Part shown: positions 16,977 through 21,642 of the stretch, in pieces
Position numbering within the stretch: the stretch's first letter is position 1
Layout: each line of letters opens with the position of its first letter
NCBI GenBank assembly: GCA_038042445.1
Contig: JBBTED010000036.1
Location: 1 to 21,642, forward strand
Source: Candidatus Firestoneibacteriota bacterium
Lineage (GTDB): Bacteria; Oederibacteriota; D2-FULL-39-29; JBBTED01
Direction: 5' to 3'
Length of the DNA: 21,642 bases
Position numbers and translations under genes: made by a program
The notes under the pieces: generated by a model
What the model was told of the DNA's origin: nothing
Seen by the model: the letters and a program-made list of their open reading frames with translations, nothing else
Database searches by the model: none

Positions 16977-19250
16977 ATGAAATTATTTGGTTTGGTGTTT
17001 GTAATTGTTTTTGGGGTTTATCTTGTAACACTTTGTCCTACGGTGTATGTGGGGGATTCTGGGGAATTAATTACTGCGGGTGCTACATTAGGGATTGCAC
17101 ATCCACCTGGTTATCCTACTTATACTATACTTAGCTATTTTTTTAGCCGTATACCACTTGGCAATATAGCATTTCGCATAAATTTGATGTCTGCTGTTTT
17201 TGCAGGCTTGGCAGTTGCAATTTTGTTTTTGCTGATTAGAAAAATAACAAATAATATATTTGTAAGTTTTTGCTGTGCGTTAATATTTGCTTTTTCGGAT
17301 ATTTTTTGGGCTCAGGCAGTTTCATCAGAAGTTTATACATTAAATGCTTTTTTTGTAATTTCTACACTGTATTTTATATCATCACCTTATATTTTTTCAT
17401 TTCTTTTTGGATTATCTCTTGGAAATCATAATACTATGTTTTTATTGGCACCTGTATATTTTTGGCATACTATAAGTCAAAAATACAATACAAAAAAACT
17501 AATAAATATTTTGGCATTAATTTTTTTATGCGCTGCAATGGTTTATTTCTATTTGCCAATTCGTTCTTTGGCAAACCCTACTTTGGACTGGGGAAATCCA
17601 GAAAATATTAAAAATTTCATACGTCATATTACAAGAATGCAATATGGTGATATAAGCAAACAACCATATTCAATTTTAGCATTTACAAAGCAAATAATTG
17701 CATATTTAAAGATATTAGTTGAACAATACAATTTATTTTTGTTGGCAATAAGTGTTCTTGGAATCTATATATTTTCTAAAACAAGAAAAAGAGAATTTTA
17801 TATAACCCTGTTAATATTTTTATTAACAAGTGCGGGGTTTGCCGTTATTATGAATTTTTCTGATAATTATGTGAGTTTGTATCTTGAAAAAGTTTTTTTT
17901 ATTCCTTCTTTTGCAATTGTTGCTATATGGTTTGGTGCAGGAATCAGCTTTTTAATAAAAAAATTCTATAGATTCAAAATTTTAATTTACAGTTCTATTG
18001 TTTTAGCACTTATTTACCAGATATATTCAAATTGCAAAGTAAATGATTTAAGTAAAAATGTTCTTGCATATAACTATGGAAAAAATATAGTCAGGACATT
18101 AGATAATGATTCAATTTTGTTTACATCAGGAGATAATGCTACTTTTATATTAAAATATATGCAGGCAGTAGAGAATATTAAGCCTGCTCAAAAAATATGC
18201 GATGATAATGGTGTGATATTCAAAAATATTTATGGGGATAATATATATGATTTGCCTTTAGCTTTGCATAATGAAGTTATAGAAAGCGTGCAGAAGAATA
18301 TAGCATTACAGGATAATTCTAATGTGTATTTTGTATTTGGAGGTAAACTGCAAAGTATTGTTGGAATTTCTTATAAGCAATATGGAGTATTGTATAGGGT
18401 ATCTCAGGAAAATTTAAAAAGAAATAAATTGAATGAATTGAATTTCAGTGGAATAAACAAGATATATTATGATCATCTTGAAAATGACATAATAGCCCAA
18501 TATCATTATTTTTTTGGGGAATCATATATAGAAAATAACAGAGAAAAAGCTATTTTGGAGTTTAGAAAAGCATTAGAAATAGGTAAAAATAATTCTTCTA
18601 TTAAATCTGCTGTATTTGATGTGGCAAGCAAAAAGAATTTTTTAAATGATTTGAGCGAAGATTTGTTGGATTCAAAAGTTTCTGGAGATGTGCAAGATTA
18701 TAATAATCAAGGAAATATTTTTCTGGGAAAAGGTGAATATGATAAAGCAATTGAGTTATACAAAAAAGCGTTGAATGTCCACCCTAAATATGCAGAGGCA
18801 TATAATAATTTAGGACTGTGTTATATGAATAAGGGTGATTTTAATTTAGCTATAGACTCATATTATAAGTCTTTGAGTATAAAACCAAGTGATGCAAGAG
18901 TGTATAGTAATTTGGGTGTGGTTTATTTCCGCACTAATAATTTTAAAGAATCAATAAAAGTCCTTGAGAAAGCTGTAGAAATATCTCCCGGATATGATGC
19001 AGGTCATTATAATCTGGCAAATGCTTTGCTTATGGAAAATTTGATAGACAAAGCTATTGAGGAATACAAAGCAACAATTAAAATTACAAAAAACAAACCT
19101 GAAGTATATAATAATTTAGGTATTGCTTATGAACGAAAAAGAATGTATAGGGAAGCTTTGAATTCTTATAAGTTAATGTTGGATATAAATCCTAATGATA
19201 TGTCTGCAAAGCAAAATATAGCAAGACTTGAAAAAATGCTTGGCAAGTAG
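16977..19250 (+). CDS. DUF2723/TMEM260-like multi-pass membrane glycosyltransferase (putative protein O-mannosyltransferase) with C-terminal TPRs
   Basis: GDSGELITAGATLGIAHPPGYPTY, AFRINLMSA, FWAQAVSSEVYTLNA, YLPIRS..NPTLDWGNP and GDNATF; many hydrophobic helices; about 5 TPRs (YNNQGN, AYNNLG, VYSNLG, HYNLAN, VYNNLG). Start at 16977 or 16929. Confidence 0.85.
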   Translation: MKLFGLVFVIVFGVYLVTLCPTVYVGDSGELITAGATLGIAHPPGYPTYTILSYFFSRIPLGNIAFRINLMSAVFAGLAVAILFLLIRKITNNIFVSFCCALIFAFSDIFWAQAVSSEVYTLNAFFVISTLYFISSPYIFSFLFGLSLGNHNTMFLLAPVYFWHTISQKYNTKKLINILALIFLCAAMVYFYLPIRSLANPTLDWGNPENIKNFIRHITRMQYGDISKQPYSILAFTKQIIAYLKILVEQYNLFLLAISVLGIYIFSKTRKREFYITLLIFLLTSAGFAVIMNFSDNYVSLYLEKVFFIPSFAIVAIWFGAGISFLIKKFYRFKILIYSSIVLALIYQIYSNCKVNDLSKNVLAYNYGKNIVRTLDNDSILFTSGDNATFILKYMQAVENIKPAQKICDDNGVIFKNIYGDNIYDLPLALHNEVIESVQKNIALQDNSNVYFVFGGKLQSIVGISYKQYGVLYRVSQENLKRNKLNELNFSGINKIYYDHLENDIIAQYHYFFGESYIENNREKAILEFRKALEIGKNNSSIKSAVFDVASKKNFLNDLSEDLLDSKVSGDVQDYNNQGNIFLGKGEYDKAIELYKKALNVHPKYAEAYNNLGLCYMNKGDFNLAIDSYYKSLSIKPSDARVYSNLGVVYFRTNNFKESIKVLEKAVEISPGYDAGHYNLANALLMENLIDKAIEEYKATIKITKNKPEVYNNLGIAYERKRMYREALNSYKLMLDINPNDMSAKQNIARLEKMLGK

Positions 19251-19256
19251 AATTTT

Positions 19257-19303
19257 GTATTTTAAAGACACTGGATTCCCGCTAACTACATGCGGGAATG
19301 ACG
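19257..19303 (-). repeat. CGTC-tagged hairpin repeat, copy D, with conserved flank
   Basis: The minus strand reads CGTC-ATTCCCGC-atgtagtta-GCGGGAAT-CCAGTGTCTTTAAAATAC. Its last 26 nt match 7106-7131 with one mismatch. Confidence 0.88.
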
Positions 19304-19318
19304 GAGAAATAAACGATT

Positions 19319-19346
19319 ATTTGTCAGGCAAGATGCCTGACCTATT
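19319..19346 (-). repeat. ATAG/GTAG-type REP hairpin, intergenic copy
   Basis: ATTT-GTCAGGCA-aga-TGCCTGAC-CTATT; identical over 28 nt to 20745-20772. Confidence 0.88.
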
Positions 19347-19380
19347 GCTTGCTAAAGTGGGGAATTATGTGGGTGGTTTT

Positions 19381-19413
19381 TCCCCTTTGAAAAAGGGGGA
19401 TTTTAGGAGATTT
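19381..19413 (+). repeat. CCC-TTT/AAA-GGG hairpin repeat whose tail contains the RBS of the radical SAM gene
   Basis: TCCCCTTT-gaa-AAAGGGGGA-tttt-AGGAGATTT; AGGAG at 19405-19409 lies 8 nt before the ATG at 19418. Confidence 0.7.
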
Positions 19414-19417
19414 TTAT

Positions 19418-21547
19418 ATGAAAGTATTGCTTGTGCAACTTCCTATTACTTCATTTGTTATGCATTGGGAGAACTATTATTCTCCTCCACTTGCTTTGGG
19501 TTATTTAAAGGCATTTGCCTATAAAGAAGGATTACTTGATAAAATACAAGTTGAAATTCTTGATCCTTTGGTTACTGATTTAAGTGGCGATGCGTTTCTT
19601 ATTGATGTAATTACAACAAAAAAACCTGATGTTATTGGGTTTAGCTGTTACAACTGGAATTTAATGCGAAGTTTGGACATCGCAAAAAAGATAAAAAATA
19701 TTTTGCCGAGTGTTCAGATAATAGTAGGTGGACCTGAAGCTACAAGAGATAATGAATTGCTTATTGCAAATTCTTATGTTGACATTATAGTTTGTGGAGA
19801 AGGTGAAGTAACCTTTGTTGAGTTGTTAAAATATTTTTATTACAGAGATGCTGAACTTGAAAATATAGACGGAATAATTTTTAGAAGCAATGGGAAAGCT
19901 ATTAAAAACAATCAGAGAAAATTGCTGATGGATTTAAATGAAATACCTTCTCCTTATTTGTCGAAATTTATTACTCCCTCAAAAAGCAAGTATATGATTC
20001 TTGAAACAATAAGAGGATGTCCTTACAGATGCGGATATTGTTATTATGGGAAGAATTATCCTGTTGTAAGGTGTTTTTCTTTGGATAGAGTTGAAAAGGA
20101 ATTGCAATTGGCAAAAGAATCACAGGTGTCGTATGTTTATATTATGGATTCTTTGTTGAATTTAAATGAGAATAGGTTAAAGAGATTATGCGGGATAATT
20201 AAAAAAATCAATGCAGATAAAAAAATTATTTTTCAGACGGAAATTAAAGCAGAAAAAATAGATTCTAAAACTGCCAAAATATTTGCTGAGTGTAATATAA
20301 AAATTCTTGAAGTAGGTCTTCAAAGTACTAATCCAGAAGCATTAGCTAATGTTAATAGGAAATATAATTTTAAAAAATATGTGCAGGGTGTTCATTTGCT
20401 TAAAAAACAAGGTCTTGAAGTTGTAACAGGTGTTATAGCAGGTTTGCCTGGTGATAGTAAAAGCGATATTAAAAAATCAGTAGATTTTTTGATAAAAAAT
20501 AATATAACTTCAACTATTAATATTTATCCGCTTTGTGTGTTGCCGGGAACATCTATTAGGGAGAATGCAAAGAAATTCAAAATAAAATTTCAAAAAGAGC
20601 CCCCATATTATGTTCTAAAGACAGCCAAACTTTCTACAACCCAGATAAGAGAAGCGATAAATTCATCACTTAATAATAAGACTGTATCGGATGAATGGTA
20701 TCCGTCATTTATTACACATTCAGCAGGTGGATATTTAAAATATCATTTGTCAGGCAAGATGCCTGACCTATTATTTAATGTATACGGGAATGACAATTGT
20801 GTTACGAAAGTTATTATACCTGTTAATTTGAAACTTAAAAAGAAACTTAAATCAATTGTAGAGGAATTAAAAAATAAAGTATCTGTTTATCTTACGCTTT
20901 GGTTTAAATGCGGTAAATATTTAAAAAATCCTGAGCTAATTGAAAATTTTATAAATACAATATTAACTGCAAATCCACATATTGGGATAAATGTAATTCT
21001 TGAGGCAGATGTAGTGCCTGATAATAGTATTATTGAGAGAATCAAACAGGTTTTAAAACAACAAAATAATTATTTAACTCAACGTTATTATTATGGCAAT
21101 AGGGAGTCAGTGCATTCAAGAAGAGTGTTTATTGTTGCTCCATTTGCAAGAAGCAAAAAAAATAGTGTTAAAATACCAGTATTTTTTTATGTGAAAGTTA
21201 ATACATTTGACGATATAGAAAGTATAAATAATTTTGATTGTACTGGTGTATTATTAGATTTTCAAAGAGGAATAAAAGGGGAATTTTTATATAAAGTTTT
21301 TGATTTGCTTAAATCAAAAAACAGTAGTAATAAGATAATTAGGTTTTTGAATTGGCCGTTTCAGCGGTTGTGGAATATTGAAATTCAGAAAGAGAATCAA
21401 CCGTTTTGGCTTGAAGAAAAGATTATGGAGTTTGATAATAATTTAAATTCAAAAATCACTGGTTTGGATTATGAAAAATCATTTATGGATACTGTTGAAT
21501 GGAAGCTAAATGCGGCGGTAAACGGAGAGGTTGTGTCAGAATGGTAG
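19418..21547 (+). CDS. B12-binding domain radical SAM protein with an uncharacterised C-terminal extension
   Basis: N-terminal cobalamin-binding-like PPLALGYL..PDVIGFSCY.WN..IIVGGPE..D.IVCGEGE; RGCPYRCGYC (CxxxCxxC, 20018-20041); EVGLQS; IAGLPGDS; LCVLPGT. Confidence 0.9.
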   Translation: MKVLLVQLPITSFVMHWENYYSPPLALGYLKAFAYKEGLLDKIQVEILDPLVTDLSGDAFLIDVITTKKPDVIGFSCYNWNLMRSLDIAKKIKNILPSVQIIVGGPEATRDNELLIANSYVDIIVCGEGEVTFVELLKYFYYRDAELENIDGIIFRSNGKAIKNNQRKLLMDLNEIPSPYLSKFITPSKSKYMILETIRGCPYRCGYCYYGKNYPVVRCFSLDRVEKELQLAKESQVSYVYIMDSLLNLNENRLKRLCGIIKKINADKKIIFQTEIKAEKIDSKTAKIFAECNIKILEVGLQSTNPEALANVNRKYNFKKYVQGVHLLKKQGLEVVTGVIAGLPGDSKSDIKKSVDFLIKNNITSTINIYPLCVLPGTSIRENAKKFKIKFQKEPPYYVLKTAKLSTTQIREAINSSLNNKTVSDEWYPSFITHSAGGYLKYHLSGKMPDLLFNVYGNDNCVTKVIIPVNLKLKKKLKSIVEELKNKVSVYLTLWFKCGKYLKNPELIENFINTILTANPHIGINVILEADVVPDNSIIERIKQVLKQQNNYLTQRYYYGNRESVHSRRVFIVAPFARSKKNSVKIPVFFYVKVNTFDDIESINNFDCTGVLLDFQRGIKGEFLYKVFDLLKSKNSSNKIIRFLNWPFQRLWNIEIQKENQPFWLEEKIMEFDNNLNSKITGLDYEKSFMDTVEWKLNAAVNGEVVSEW
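20745..20772 (-). repeat. ATAG/GTAG-type REP hairpin lying in frame inside the radical SAM CDS
   Basis: Exact 28-nt copy of 19319-19346, read as HLSGKMPDLL (aa 443-452). Confidence 0.88.
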
Positions 21548-21596
21548 TTGTCCGTCTATGTGAACAAAAAAATGATAAAAGGAAAATATAAAAAAT

Positions 21597-21620
21597 GTAG
21601 TCGCAGGCTTCAGCCTGCGA
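21597..21620 (+). repeat. Canonical GTAG-tagged REP hairpin
   Basis: GTAG-TCGCAGGC-ttca-GCCTGCGA: tag immediately followed by a perfect 8-bp stem. Confidence 0.75.
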
Positions 21621-21642
21621 AAGAAAAGAAACACAGATTGTA

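Noticed and set aside
19228..19524. 98-aa ORF from the track
   Set aside because: It overlaps both neighbouring genes and is mostly a translation of stacked palindromic repeats, with no recognisable domain.

Overview
AT-rich bacterial chromosomal window; genes are translated with standard code 11 and lie almost all on the + strand. (i) 1-3898: a tightly coupled defence-like module made of the 3' end of a probable amino-DNA methyltransferase, a putative restriction endonuclease with two PD-(D/E)xK motifs, and a Rad50/RloC-like zinc-hook ABC ATPase with a HEPN-like tail. (ii) 4107-12939: a glutamine-centred metabolic run of glnA, a stand-alone FMN-binding glutamate synthase domain, purF (apparently starting at a non-canonical ATT), carA and carB. 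(iii) 13080-15448: a PpiD/SurA-like chaperone, a convergent lipoate-ligase-family gene and tRNA-Asn(GTT). (iv) 15776-21547: an AAA_14/DUF4143 ATPase, a DUF2723/TMEM260-like membrane glycosyltransferase with TPRs, and a B12-binding radical SAM protein. Most of the larger intergenic gaps carry small palindromic repeats from at least four families (CGTC/TGTC-tagged hairpins, GTAG-like REPs, CCC-TTT/AAA-GGG hairpins and 7-bp-period inverted arrays). One repeat sits in frame inside the radical SAM gene and another supplies that gene's ribosome-binding site. All calls come from reading motifs by eye; no database searches were run.
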